A DNA stretch of 64,000 nt from Mobula hypostoma (taxonomy: Eukaryota), in the NCBI RefSeq assembly GCF_963921235.1, contig NC_086106.1, forward strand, positions 20,832,001 to 20,896,000. The letters run 5' to 3'. Both the position numbers and the translations under genes were made by a program. Under the pieces are notes generated by a model, which did not search any database, had not been told where the DNA came from, and worked only from the letters and a program-made list of their open reading frames with translations. Below, one piece after another: positions 36,874-49,274 of the stretch. Positions within the stretch are counted from its first letter, which is position 1. Each line of letters starts with the position of its first letter.

Positions 36874-39189
36874 CAGATACTGAAGAGATACCTCCTCATT
36901 TCCGTTCTAAAATGACGCCCTTATATTCTGAGGCCGTGCCCTTTGGTCATCAGAGGAAACATCTTCTTCACATTCCTCTACCAAGGTTTTTCTCCATTGT
37001 ATAGTTTCCAACGAGATCATTCCTCATTCGGTTAAATTCGATTGAATACATGGCCAGAACCATCAGACTGTCTACATATGGCAAGACCTTCAGTTCTGTA
37101 ATCATTTTTGTGAATCTCATTTGATTCCTCTATGTTTTCAGCCCATCCTTTCTAAGATAATGGACGCAATTGTGCTCACCGTATTCTAAGAGATGCTTCA
37201 CCAGTGCTTTATAACGTTTCAACTTTACTTCGTTTATTTTATATACTAGTACTCTTGAAATGAATGCTAACATTACATTTGCCTTCCTCACCACAAACTC
37301 AACCTGCAAATTAGTATGTAGCATTCGATCATAGACAGTCATGTGTTTACGCCTCTGGTGGACTGTGTCCTCTACAGGACGCAAGCCTGGACGGGAGGAT
37401 TTGAGGAACCGGCAATGCAGCTGGTTCCCCTCCCCACGTCGCTGATGTCGTCCAAGGGAATTGCAGGCTCTGATATAGTTTGCTCTAATGTCGTCGCAGA
37501 GGTTGAAATTATAAACAGGATCAGACTGCCATAGGGTACCCAGCGCCGGATTTTAAAATCTGAGGCTCCCTCTGCTAAGAGAGATACCGTTCCAAGGTTG
37601 ACGAACCCCACCTGCCTGCAATAATTAATTTTGAGACACAAGTGATCCGCCTTTGCCCCATATTTTTCCCCATATTCTGTCAGTAGAAACAGTTCCGTCG
37701 GGCCTAGTAGCTAAGCCACACGAGGAGGCCGAGAGTTGGACTTGGCTGTCAGAGGCTGTTGGAGTCGCACGTGAATTGGAGCACTTTATCGGAAGTGGGA
37801 ACTTATACCCTCAACCACCCCCGGTTATGACAAACTTCGGAACCTGCAAATCAGATGTTGAGTGCACCTGCTCAGGGAATCACAGGTCCCTTTGCAACTC
37901 GCATTGTTTTTTGTATTTTCTATCTATTTAGAAAATAATCAATCCTTTCATTTCCTCCAGCAAAGTACATGACCATGCGCTTCCCGACACAATATTGCAT
38001 CTGCAATTTCTTTGCCCATTCGCCTAATCTGATTAAGTCCTGCTGCATCCCCTCTGCTTCCTCGTAACACCTGCTCCTCCAGCTACCTTCACATCTACTG
38101 CAGATATTTCAACAACACTATCTATTTCATCATCTAACTTATTGACAGATAACGTTAAAATAACCCATATCAACTCTGATCCCTGTGAAACGACACTAGT
38201 CACCGGCAGCCAGCCGGAAAAGGCTTACTTTATTCCCACTGCTTGCCTCCTGCCAATCAGCCACGGATTTATCAATGCTAATATCTTTCATGTAAAATTT
38301 TGGGCCTATAACTTGTTAACCAGCCTCATGTGCAGCGCCTTGTCAAAGGCCTTCTGAAACTGTAAGTTCACAACGTCAACTGATTCTCTTTTGTCTCTCC
38401 TGCTCAATAATTCTTCAAATACATTCAACAAATTTGTCAGGCAAGATTTTCCCTTAAGTAAACAATGCTGACAAAGTCCTATTTTGTCATGTGCCTTAAA
38501 GTACCCTGAGACCACATCCTTAAAAATCGACTACAACATTTTGCGAACCACTGTGGTCCCAGTAACTGGCCTATCGTATCTCTTCTTTTGCCTCCCTCCC
38601 TTCTTGAAGAGAGGGGTGACATTTGCAATGTTCCACTCTTCCGGAACCATTCCAGGATCTAATGCTTTTTGAAATCTCATTCCAAATGCTTCCAGAATCT
38701 CTTCAGCCTCCTCTTAAAGAACTCTGTGATGTATGCCATCTGGTCCAGGCGATCTAGCAACCTTCTTCCCTTTCTGTATCCCAAGAACCTCTTCTCTGGT
38801 TATGGTAAATTCACACACTTCATGTTCCCTGGAACATCCATCATACAGCCAATATCTTCCACAGACGAGACTGATGCAAAATACTTATCCACTTTGTCCG
38901 CCCTTTCATTTTCCCCAATTACTACCTCTCCAGCATTCTTTTCCAGCTGACGGATCTACATTCTTGCCTGTCTATTACACATTCGTTATCTGAAGAAACG
39001 TTTACTCTTTAATATTTTTGGCTAGCTTAATTTTTTAATTCCATATATAACTGCTTAGTGTTTTTTTAGTTGCCTTCTGCTTGTATTTCAAAGTTTCCAA
39101 TCCTCCAACTTCCCACAAATTTTGCTCTATTGCATGCCTAAACTTTGGTTTTACGTTCGCTGTGACTGCTCTTGCTAGCCACAGTTGTG
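36400..39189 (-). mobile_element. CR1-clade LINE fragments (with a TAAA/TAGA microsatellite at about 36822-36873 and an unclassified repeat at about 37340-37900)
   Basis: ORFs 37130..37384 and 38306..38515 (KGKSCLTNLL..FQKAFDK). Confidence 0.7.
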
Positions 39190-39345
39190 TCATCTGTATG
39201 GATCAGAATAATACTATACAAGACACCTATCAAACTGACTGAAGTGTGCTGGGGTGAAGATTGGAGCTGGCACAAGGCAGATCTGCAGTGTGCCGCTTTG
39301 TTAGCGGCTGTGATTGCAGATATGTGGATTGCGAGGCTGCTGGTG
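39190..39345 (-). pseudogene. 5' half of IgW-like CH1 pseudo-exon (cluster B), cut by CR1
   Basis: TPAASQSTYLQSQPLTKRHTADLPCASSNLHPSTLQSV then TGA at Cys+14 (TGG expected). Paralogous to 2750-2855. Confidence 0.45.
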
Positions 39346-40054
39346 TGGAGAGGAGAACCTGAGCTGAGTGTACCAGCTTAGAGTAAATTTGTAATGAGGT
39401 AGCATTTTGGTATTGTAGAAAATGATCGATTGTCAATCATAAAGTCGGGTGAGACTGTCTGATTTTAGTCTGTGTTGTAGTAAGAAGATAAAATATCGGA
39501 TTGCATGAACAACAGCTGGGTAATATTATTTATGCATAATTTGGCATCTAGTATTTGCTGATAAAGTAGGCTGTGTTGCCATTCAAAGGGTAGGATATTT
39601 GGAGGCAAACGTATTGATGGTGCAGTAGTCGTAAACAGTCTTGCAGGGTAAGATTGAGAGATCTCCTTCCTTGATGGACATCAGTAAAACTGAAAGTTCA
39701 TCATTTCTAATTACTAGATTTTAAGAAAACACAAATTATTTAAATGCTGTACATCGCATCGCAGATCCAAATCTAACGCAGATCACTGTTGACTAAGTAT
39801 AAAAATGATAGTTTTGTTGTGGTGGTATCCGTGGGCTGGTCACTTTATCTCTGCACTAATCATTTATATCCAACCTTGTGTTTGTACATTGGATAACTGT
39901 GACCATAGTGTCTTGACAAATATTTCTCGTTCAGTAACATCACCAGAGCAGATAGTCTGATTGTTCTCACCTTGAAGTTTGTGGATTCTGTTGTGTGCAG
40001 ATTGTCTCCACATTCCCTAACAACAGCAGGGCTGTATATTGATTGGAGCAGATT

Positions 40055-40645
40055 ATGAAGACACGCAGTCCTCTTTTATTGTCATTTAGTAATGCATGCA
40101 TTAAGAAATGATACAATATTTCCTCCGGTGTGATATCACAAAAACACAGGACGGATCAAGACTGAAGAAACTAACAAAAACACATAATTATAACATATAG
40201 TGACAACAGTGCAATAATACCATAACTTGACGAAGAACAGCCCATGAGCACATTAAAAAGTTCAACGTCTCTCAAATGTCCCACATCTCACGCAGAAGGA
40301 AGAAACACTCTCCCTGCCATGCCCTACCACAGTCCGACTCTGAGTCGTCCTAAAACTTCGAGCCTCCGATCAGCTTTCCGAACGATTGGATCTCATTCTC
40401 AGTCGCCAACAGCAGGCAGAACCAAGGATTTTGAGGCCTTCCCTCTGGAAGATTCTTGATCGCGCAGTATCAACAGCAGCGAACCTGCGTTACGGAAATT
40501 TCTCCAGATGTTCCTCGGTGCCTTCACGTCTGTCTCCATCAAATCAGAATTGTCCACGGCCCCTATTTAACGGATACGATATCATTTTCTCCGGAGGGCT
40601 GCGCACGTGCGGGGCGCTGCTATCTCACCTCCCGCCTTATTGCCT
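40055..40645 (-). mobile_element. Unclassified interspersed repeat (copy of 14545-15245)
   Basis: Shares the blocks listed for the first copy. Absent from the orthologous position in cluster A. Confidence 0.6.
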
Positions 40646-41253
40646 GTGATGTGCTCGGGACACCATGAAGTCTGTTATGTATACGTCAACAATTTATCCA
40701 ACAATGACTTTTACTGAATCACCAGGAACTCTGTAAATGAAGGGAAACACTTGTTAAACAAATCCATTAGGTGATGGAGGCGGGCAACACATTAGAGAGT
40801 TTAATCCTGGGATATTGCATATGCCTTTGCTGTATCCTATCAGGGTCCTTAAGCCGGAAATTACATGATGCGACTGACACCTACCTGTGTCCTCGGGATA
40901 TTGAGCCATCAACCATTCCCGCAGATCATGTCTTAATCCGATTATCTTCAACGTGAATGCAGTGGACAGTGAAACCTGATCCCAATAACGTGACACTGTA
41001 GAAATCCATTGCTGTCATTGACATAGATTAAGTGTAACTGTAATGAAAAGCTTCGCCACTAACCATGAGTTCTGTCGGTGCTGAGTATGCAGATTTCAAC
41101 CAAACAGTCAGCTCACGCTGCAAAATCGTCTGGTGTCAATGCGCATCAAGTGACAAGATCCGACATCATTCCCCTGCAGCCTGTCCCTAGTCTGTCGGCA
41201 GTTCACTGGTCAGCTGGGGTATGTATCCTTGTACTGTTCCTGAGCTCTAGCCA

Positions 41254-41335
41254 ACCTCAGTTAGTTCGGGGAGGTTCTTTAATGTGCTCTAAATATCACA
41301 GAGCTTTCATGTGATTCACAGCATTCGCCAACACC
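41254..41335 (-). pseudogene. Degenerate JH-like segment with 23-RSS (cluster B)
   Basis: On +: CACAGAG (41297-41303)-23-GCCAACACC. The 41-nt coding remnant TATTTAGAGCACATTAAAGAACCTCCCCGAACTAACTGAG|GT lacks an intact WGxG. Confidence 0.45.
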
Positions 41336-41754
41336 GTAAATTAATAAAATACAAACGGGTCAGGATAGAATTCTGAATATGGACTTAACTAAGTTCACTT
41401 TGAACGTGTTTTTTCTCTGTCCAATATGCAAGGTAGTTATACCGCTCAGTTTCCCCAGTCAGTTAATGTAGTAACTTCACTTGCCTGTCACATGCAATAA
41501 TCTCAACACGTGTGAACATGATGCCTTTCCGGACCGGCAACAGCTGCAACCTGGATTTCCATCCCATACACCAAGCTTGGCACTTCCCGGCGTGTGGATT
41601 ACAGAGGCTGCTTTAGTGTTTGCCATCCACCAGAAACACAGTCTAATTGTTTTGGGCGTTTCATTCCCTAGAAGTGGCAATATGGCATAGTAGTCGATCA
41701 GGCTTTCTTCCTGACAAAGCTAAAGAAATTTGGACTGTCCCCTAAAACCTTCAC

Positions 41755-42298
41755 TATTTTTTTTAGATGCACCGTAGAAAGCATTCTTCAAGCTGGTATG
41801 GAAGTTGTCCTGTCGAAGACCGAAAGAAGCTGCAGAAGATAATGAACACGGCGTTGCAGATCACACAAACCAATCTTGCGTCCTTGTACTCACTTTACAC
41901 CACACGCTGTCGGAGCAGTGCTGCCAGAATAATCAAGGACACGACCCACTCAGCCAACACAATTTTCGTCCCACTTCCCTCCGGGAGAAGGCTCAGGAGC
42001 TTGAAAACTCGTACGGACAGATTAGGGAACAGCTTCTTTCCAACTGTGATAAGTCTGCTGAAAGGATCCTGACCGGGATCTGGGCCGTGCACTCCAAATA
42101 TCCTGATACGCCTCTAGTATTTTTTTTGCACTACCTTGCTTTCCATTTTCTACTTTCTATTTATGATTGATAATTTTTTTTTAAATATTTACTATCGATT
42201 TGTACTCCAGAGAGCGGGAAGAGCAGAATCAAATATCGCTGTGATGATTGTACTTTTTATTTACATTTGTTTGGCGACAATAAGGTATAAAGTATGAT
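41755..42298 (+). mobile_element. Rex1/Babar-like LINE 3' fragment inserted between D2 and J
   Basis: ORF 41767..42072 (WYGSC..DRKKLQ..LPSGRRLRSLKTRTDRLGNSFFP). Confidence 0.75.
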
Positions 42299-42364
42299 TT
42301 GACTCTGGAAAGCAGTAACGCGGAGATTAAGTAGTCTGCCTCCGCTGCTCGTCTGTCGGGACCC

Positions 42365-42428
42365 AGATTCTGTTCAGCTCCCCACCGCCGTGATCCGTAT
42401 CACGGTGCTTCACCGCAGTTCACAAACC
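42365..42428 (-). other. DH segment with 12/12 RSS (D2 type) (cluster B)
   Basis: Minus strand: GGTTTGTGA-12-CACCGTG | ATACGGAT | CACGGCG-12-ACAGAATCT. Confidence 0.72.
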
Positions 42429-42659
42429 GCCTTTATCCCATCCAGCCCGAAACAAGTTGAATCCCAGAGTCAGTCAGCTGACACCTGAAACTTCCGGCCC
42501 CTCACTTTTGTGCCTGGATGTCCCACGCAATGACTCTCGATCTTGGCCATCCTTGTCCTGTCATGGAGTGGATATGATCAAACGGGACATTTCACTGGGC
42601 TTCCATTGAGAGCTGTTCCTTGGTTGTACCGTTCGCTTCCAAACAGATCGTCAGTGGAA

Positions 42660-42731
42660 CCTTTATCTCTTCCTAGATTATGCACTCAAAACTGATTGAT
42701 GGGTCCCAGTGTAACGTCCGGCGTAAACACC
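42660..42731 (-). other. Possible degenerate D1 (12/23) site (cluster B)
   Basis: CCCAGTG-11-GTAAACACC on +; the opposite-side heptamer is poor. Conserved with 5009-5084. Confidence 0.25.
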
Positions 42732-43003
42732 CGAGTAGCTCAATTTAGATATTTTTGTTGTTTCGTAGCATCTGGGCGATGGCTGGCACCAAAACAAGTA
42801 TGCAGGTGTCACCATACCCAAGGACACTTGGCTCCGAACTGCAGTATGATGTAATCCCGTGAACCCCTCGGTCCATCCATCCAGCACTTCCTTTCTCACA
42901 ACATGCCTTCCCTTGCGTGGACGACCGACCCTGTCCAGAAATATTGGGATCGAGCTCTGGCGATCACTCTTGCCCTTTCCCTCAAGGGCAAGTTCTCTCT
43001 GTG

Positions 43004-43042
43004 GGTTTTTGTCTCGGCCCAGTCCCAGTTTCTTTTACTGTG
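43004..43042 (-). promoter_or_regulatory. 23-RSS of V2
   Basis: CACAGTA + 23-nt AAAGAAACTGGGACTGGGCCGAG + ACAAAAACC (consensus nonamer). Confidence 0.92.
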
Positions 43043-43494
43043 CCTCTCGCACAGTAATAGGTGCCCCTGTCGTCTAGTCTCAGGTTGCTCATTTGTAGAT
43101 AAAAGTTGCTGTTTCTCTTGGAAGCAGTGAACCGGCTCTCGACTCCAGGCGCGTAATTCTAGTTATATTGATCATAATAACATACCAACGATTCAGGCCC
43201 TATCCTAGAGACCTGTTTCACCCAGCACATGTAGTAGTCGTTGATATTGAAACCACTAACTGCACAGGACAGTCTGTGCGACTCTCCGAGCTTTGCCACT
43301 TCTGACTCGAGTTGTTTCAGCTGGACGTCGGACCGCACGTCTGACAATAAATAGAGAGTAGAAATTAATAAAATGTTGCGGCAACATAGTTTCCAATGCT
43401 CAGAAAAGCCGCCTAACCCAGATGGGTAGCAGGCCGCTGGACACGTTCCTGCCAGACAAGACAAGAGAAGGCAGACATAAAGAACGACATCCAT
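43043..43494 (-). pseudogene. IGHV: IgW-type heavy-chain V segment V2, disabled
   Basis: Leader 43494-43449 MDVVLYVCLLLSCLAG; 108-nt intron with donor GA. V exon 43340-43043 reads [95 protein letters not shown] (TAG at 43161-43159). Confidence 0.93.
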
Positions 43495-43499
43495 CGTAC

Positions 43500-43930
43500 T
43501 GAGCACTGATTCGGACTTCTGAAAATGGCGTTTCAGCTCAGGCCGGATTTACCGCGAATAGAAGTGAGCGCTGATTAAATAGAGAGATTGATTGCGAGTG
43601 AGAGAAGAAGCCGCAGCTTGAACAGGCTGTCACCAACTGACACCAAAGGCGCAACTTCCTGTCCCCGCCCCAGCAGAGATATCATGTCTCTAAAAGATAT
43701 TTGTCTCTGTACAAGAGTCAGGTCAGCAGCAGTGACAGACCCGGAATGCGGATCTGTCACTCTCTGTTGAAATGATGAATTCCAGCGTTCGGAAATATAT
43801 TTAAACTGAAATGTAAAGAATTCCAGCGGGAACGAATGAGAGGCACCGTTAGCTGACAAATATCCCACTGGGAGACAGAGACAGGGGGACACCAGTCAGT
43901 GGACAGATATCCCCCAGAGACAGGGACTGA
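43500..43930 (-). promoter_or_regulatory. V2 upstream/promoter region
   Basis: Conserved motifs at 43565-43573 and 43719-43727. The region continues at 45660-46420 after a CR1 insert. Confidence 0.5.
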
Positions 43931-43934
43931 AAGA

Positions 43935-45655
43935 CACTACTCAAGAAGTTGCAGATGGGTGAAAGAGGCATTGGCTGGAATTGACTGGAGGAGAATAGTG
44001 GCAGGGCTGGCGGCAGAGCAGCAATGGTTGGAATTTCTGGAAACAATTTGGAAGGTACAGGATGCACAGACCGCAAACAGGAAGAAGCATTACAAAGGGA
44101 AGATAACACATTCGTGAATAACAAGACGTCAAAGACAACATAAGAGCCTAAGAAGGAGGATATCAAGGAGCATATTGTGGTAAATTTACAGATTGGGAAT
44201 CATTAAAATACCAACAGGAGGCAACTAAATGCCATTAAGAATGTAAAGATGGGACAATTTACTCCACTCTACAAGAACGAAGAGAAGCAGAAGCAAATAG
44301 TAACCATTTAGTCTGGCCTAAGCGGTTGGAAAAAATGTTGGTGCCGATTGTTCATGCTGTGATTTTAAACTATTTAGAAGCACATGCTAAAATAGGTCGT
44401 AGGTAGCGTGATTTCTTTAAGGGAAATTCCTGTCAGACAAATGTGTTGCAATTCTTGAAAAAAATAACATGCAGGATTGACAAAGAAAAATTGTTTGATG
44501 TTGTGCACATAGCATTTTAGAAGGCCTATGACAAGGTGCTACACATGGGCTGCTTAGCAACGTTCGAACACATACTATTACAGGAAAGTTTCAAGCATGG
44601 ATAAAGCAGTAGCAGGTTGGCAGGATGGAAACAATCAGAATAAAGGGACCCTTTGCTGGTTGCCTGCCGCTAATTAGTGGTCTTCACAGGGGTCTGCGTT
44701 GGGGCCGATAATTATAAGGTAAACTATGAATGATGTGGATGGACTTGTCCCAAAGTTTGTAGACGATACTTAGGTAAGCGGAGGGGCAGGTAGTTTTGAG
44801 GAAATAGACAGTCTGCAGAAGAAATTGGAGAGATTCTCAGAATGGTCAAACAAGTAGCAGTTGGAATAAAGTGTGGGGAAGTGCATGGTCAAGCACTTTG
44901 GTAGAAGAAATGAAAGGGTTGACTATTTTCTGAATGGAGAAAAGAAAAACAGAAAGATCTCAGGCGCAAAATGATTGCGAAACCCTGTGCACGATTCAGT
45001 AAAAGTTACTTTGCAAGTTGAATCTTTGGTGAGGAAGTAAAATGCATTCTTATCAAATGGAATAGATCATAGAAGCACGGCTGCTATTTTCAGTCTTTAT
45101 AAAGCATTGCTAAGGCCGCACGCGGAATATTCTGATTCCCCCTGATTTTCGATTGGGTATGCTGAAACTGGAGGTGGTACCGCGGAGATACACGAATATA
45201 ATTCCAATATTGAACGCCATGTCATATGCAGTGCTTTGGCTTGCTCTGGGCCTGTATTCACTGGAGTTCAGAAGAATGAAGGTTGACCTCTTAGAAAGCT
45301 TTCGAATGGTGGTGGGTGATGACAGCGTAGATGCAGAGAGGATGTTTCTTTGAATGCCTCAGAACAGAGGAGCAACCCTCAGATTGGCATCCTTTTAGAA
45401 AGGAGATGAGGAGGATTTACTTTTGCCAGAGAGTTGTGAATCTGTGAAGTAAATTGTCCCAGGTAACTGTGGATTCCACGTCTTTGTGTATATTTAAGAA
45501 AGAGATTAATAGATTCTAGATTGGTAAGGAGATGAAGGGATACCGGGAAAAGGCAGGGGATTGGGGCAGAGAGGGAAAACCGATATGTCATGATGAAATA
45601 ACGGAACAGATCCGGTGGCTTATATGAGCTAATTCTCCTCCACTATCTCATGGTC
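43935..45655 (+). mobile_element. Degenerate CR1-clade LINE
   Basis: RT-like remnants (KGNSCQTN; LGLYSLEFRRMK in ORF 45153..45353) and a CR1 3' end. Confidence 0.75.
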
Positions 45656-46769
45656 TTATGATCAGTACATAGATATCACCCGAAGAGACAAGGACTGAGC
45701 GGGACCAGTCCTTAAACGGATATCCAACTGAGAGACAGGAACCAAGAAAGTTAGCAATGGACACATATCTCCCAGATATACGGAGACGTAGACAGCAGTC
45801 AGTGGACAGATATGCCTCTGATAGACAGGGGAAAACACACAAATGTCAAAGGGCAGATGGCCTCCTTAGGGGCATGGTCTAAGAGACAGCGGTCTGTGCC
45901 GGAAAAAAAATGTATTAAGCAACAAAAAGAATTAACATGCAATCTTCTGTCCTTACCCATATTAGGCGAAGCAAAATTAAGCACAGGTCCCTAGGTAAAA
46001 ATGGTTGTAATATAGACAGATAAGAAATGTTCTTTTTCAGAGACCTGACAGCATTTGGGTGGGGTTCTGAGTTGGATGATCAGCCATGATCATAATAAAT
46101 GGCGGTGCAGGCTCGAAGGGCCTAATGGCCTACTCCTGCACCTATTTTCTATGTTTCTATTATTTTCACCGCCAAACACTATGCACGTAAACCCTAAACA
46201 GTGTTCGAAATCTCTTTGATATATTTCAGCCGGTGAGAGAAGCAGAACGTTTGATGTATGGGGATCAGGAGCCAAATATGAGATGTAGTTGTTGCTGGTA
46301 ACAGTACACTTCTCAGATGATTTGCAGACAAGCTAGGCTTCTCCGTTGTTGAAAGGAAACTCACTTTAGAGGGCATTCAAGTTGTAGATCAGTAGTGGGC
46401 GGGGGGGGTAATTTTGTTTATCCAGCCTGCTGATGGCAGTACAGCGAGTACAGATCTTGTATTCGTAGTCAAATATAAACTGCAATGATAGATTTAATAG
46501 TCGAACCAACGCTCAACAGTGACTCAGTAGCTTTTATGACTTAATGACAAACTGTAGTCACGGATGGAAGGTGCCACCCACATTACAAATAGCATATTCT
46601 CTTAAACAACAGTGAAATATAGGCACACAGTGCTGCTGACTGAGGGGTCAATGCTCTACTGATGGTGGAAATTCTGCAAATCTTTAACATCCAGTTGACA
46701 CACGAACCCATCATGACAGGAATCAAGCTAGTGAACATTATACTTTCCTCCAAAAGGACGATAAATTTA

Positions 46770-47275
46770 TCAAGGGATTGGAGGCTTAGGTCCTGGCTGG
46801 AGTCACGACAGAGTGCCTTGTCTCTTATTCGGGTCACCCATGCCAGACAGGTCAAAGGGCAAAGGCCATATTAAGAGTCGTCCTCTGATTTTCTAGATTC
46901 GGAGGTTCAGCCCAAGGCTAAGAACCCTGAATGGTCAGAAACAAATTGTTCCGGAAACAGCAAGGAGGAATCCTTCTATACCTCTGTCCTTATCCACCAG
47001 GGATTTGCATGACTGACAAGAGTGAAAAAGGAGAGGAACCTACTGGCGAAACGAAGGAAGCCCTGGCCAACACGAAGATGAGGAACAAAATTGTTTTTTT
47101 CGCAGTGTAGAAAACAGTAGCCTCCGGAAAATCGCAGTGCCGTAGGGACAGTAATGAGGACCCTGTATGTCACTTGGGGCATTATAGATAATTTGGACAA
47201 GGACCGAAAAAGATAGAGCACCTTCATTGCTGACATAAACGACAGCAGCGCAACAGGTAGTAATTAACTGAATTT
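46770..47275 (+). mobile_element. Possible RTE-type LINE-derived element
   Basis: The 3' end ACCTTCATTGCTG...CAGCAGCGCAACAGGTAGTAAT resembles RTE 3' ends as I recall them. No ORF support. Confidence 0.35.
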
Positions 47276-47700
47276 CACTCAATGCATACCTGTATTATTA
47301 TTTCTGTTGAGAATCGTACATAGCGTCTATATTTCTGCCGTTTATCGCAGACTTTTCTTTTACATTTGCTGTTATAAGAGTGCGCCTCGTGCTTGTCCGG
47401 ATTAAAACCTCATTTCCTACATCTCCACTCAAGTGATCCATGTCTTGTGGAGTCCTTGTGACATTATTCGTCGTTAATCAAAACTCTGCAATATGTTTCT
47501 GCAATGTGCAAACCTAATCAGCTACCGTATATTTTTGTGCAAAAAGATTTCATATACAGTGCCTATAAAACGTATTCTTCCTCCTTGGAACTTTCCGTGT
47601 ATTATTGCTTTGAAACATTGAATCAGAATGAATTTAGTTTGGCTTTTTTATTTGGCGGGGAGGGGGGACTGATCAACAGAACAAAAAAAAATATTTTGTT

Positions 47701-49265
47701 CAGTGCAATACAAAAGTTTGGGCACCCCTGGTCAAAATTTCAATTACTGTGAATAGTTAAGCGAGTAGAAGATGAACTGATCACCAAAAGTCATAAAGTT
47801 AAAGATGTAACATCATTTTCAATATTTTAAATAAGATTAGTGTATTAGATTTATTTTCTACAATTTTAGCGTGAAAAATAGGAAAGGGGTACCATGCAAA
47901 AATGTTGGCTCCCCAAGAGATTTGAGCCCTCAGATAACTTTTACCAAGCTCTCAGACCTTCATTAGCTTGTTAGGGCTATGACATGTCCACAATCATCGA
48001 TAGGACAGGCCAGGTGATGCAGATTTGAGAACTTTATAAATACCCTGACTTCTCAACCCTTGCCCCAACAATCAGCAGCCATGGGCTTCTCTAAGCAGCT
48101 GCGTAGCACTGTGAAAAACACAGTAATTGATGCCCACAAAGCAGGAGAAGGCTGTAAGTAGATAACAAAGCTGTTTCAGGTAGCCGTTTCATCAGTTCGT
48201 AATGTAATTGAACAATTGCAGTTAACAGGAATGGTTGAGGTCAAGTTGAGGTCTGGAAGGCCAAGAAATCTTTCTCAGAGAACTGCTCGTAAGATTGTTA
48301 GAAAGGCAAATCAAAACCCCTGTTTGACTGCAAAAGTCCTTCAGCAAGATTTAGCAGACGCTAGAGTGGTAGTGCACTGTTCTGCTGTGCAGCGACACCT
48401 GCACAAATATGACCTTCATAGAAGAGTCAATGGAAGAAAACCTTTCCTGCATCCTCACTACAAAATTCAGCGTCAAAAGTTTGCAAAGGACCTCTAAGCA
48501 AGCCTGATACATTTTGATAAGAAGTCCTGTGGACTGATGAAGCTAAAATAGAACTTTTTGGCAGCAATGAACAAAGGGATGTTTGGAGCAAAAATGGTTT
48601 AGAATTTCATGGCAGGAACAACTTTCCAACTGTTAAGCACGGGGGTGGATCGATCATGCTTTGCATTTCACTAGTAGAGGGAAGAAGGAATTCAATAAAA
48701 TACCAGCAGATTCTAGAAGGAAACATCACACCGTCTGTAAAAAAGCCGAAGATGAGCAGAGGATGACTTCTGCAACAGGATAATGATCCTAAAAACACCT
48801 CAAAATCCAGAATGGACTACCTGAAGAGACGCAAGCTGAAGGTTTTGTCATGGCCCTCACTCTCTCACGAGCTAAACATTATCGAAAATCGGATAGATCT
48901 CAAAAAAGTAATGCATGCAAGATAGCCCAAGAATCTCACAGAACTGGAAGTCTTTTGCAAGGAAGTATGGACAAAAATCCCCCAAACAAGAATTGAAAGA
49001 CTCTTATTTGGCTACAAAAAGTGTCTACAAGCTGTGAGAGTTGCCAAAGGGGATGGTACAACGTACTGCAAATGAAGGGTGCCCAAACTTTTGCTTCAGG
49101 CCTTTTTGCTTTCTGGCTATTTTGAAACTGTAAAAGATGGAAATTAAAAAAATAATAATAAATAAATAATCCTGCTTAAATTTTAAAGAAATGCGTCATC
49201 TTTAACTGTATGCACTTTGGAAATCAGGTCATCTTTTACTTGTTTAGCTATTCACAGTAGCAAAC
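47701..49265 (+). mobile_element. Tc1-like DNA transposon, degenerate transposase at about 48081-49065
   Basis: Left end CAGTGC..CAAAAGTTTGGGCACCC with inverted GGGTGCCCAAACTTTTG at about 49078 and about 200-bp inverted arms. HTH region RSGRPR (ORF 48216..48497). Catalytic remnants WTDEAKIELF, QQDNDP and LNIIEN. Confidence 0.85.
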
Positions 49266-49274
49266 ACGAAATAA

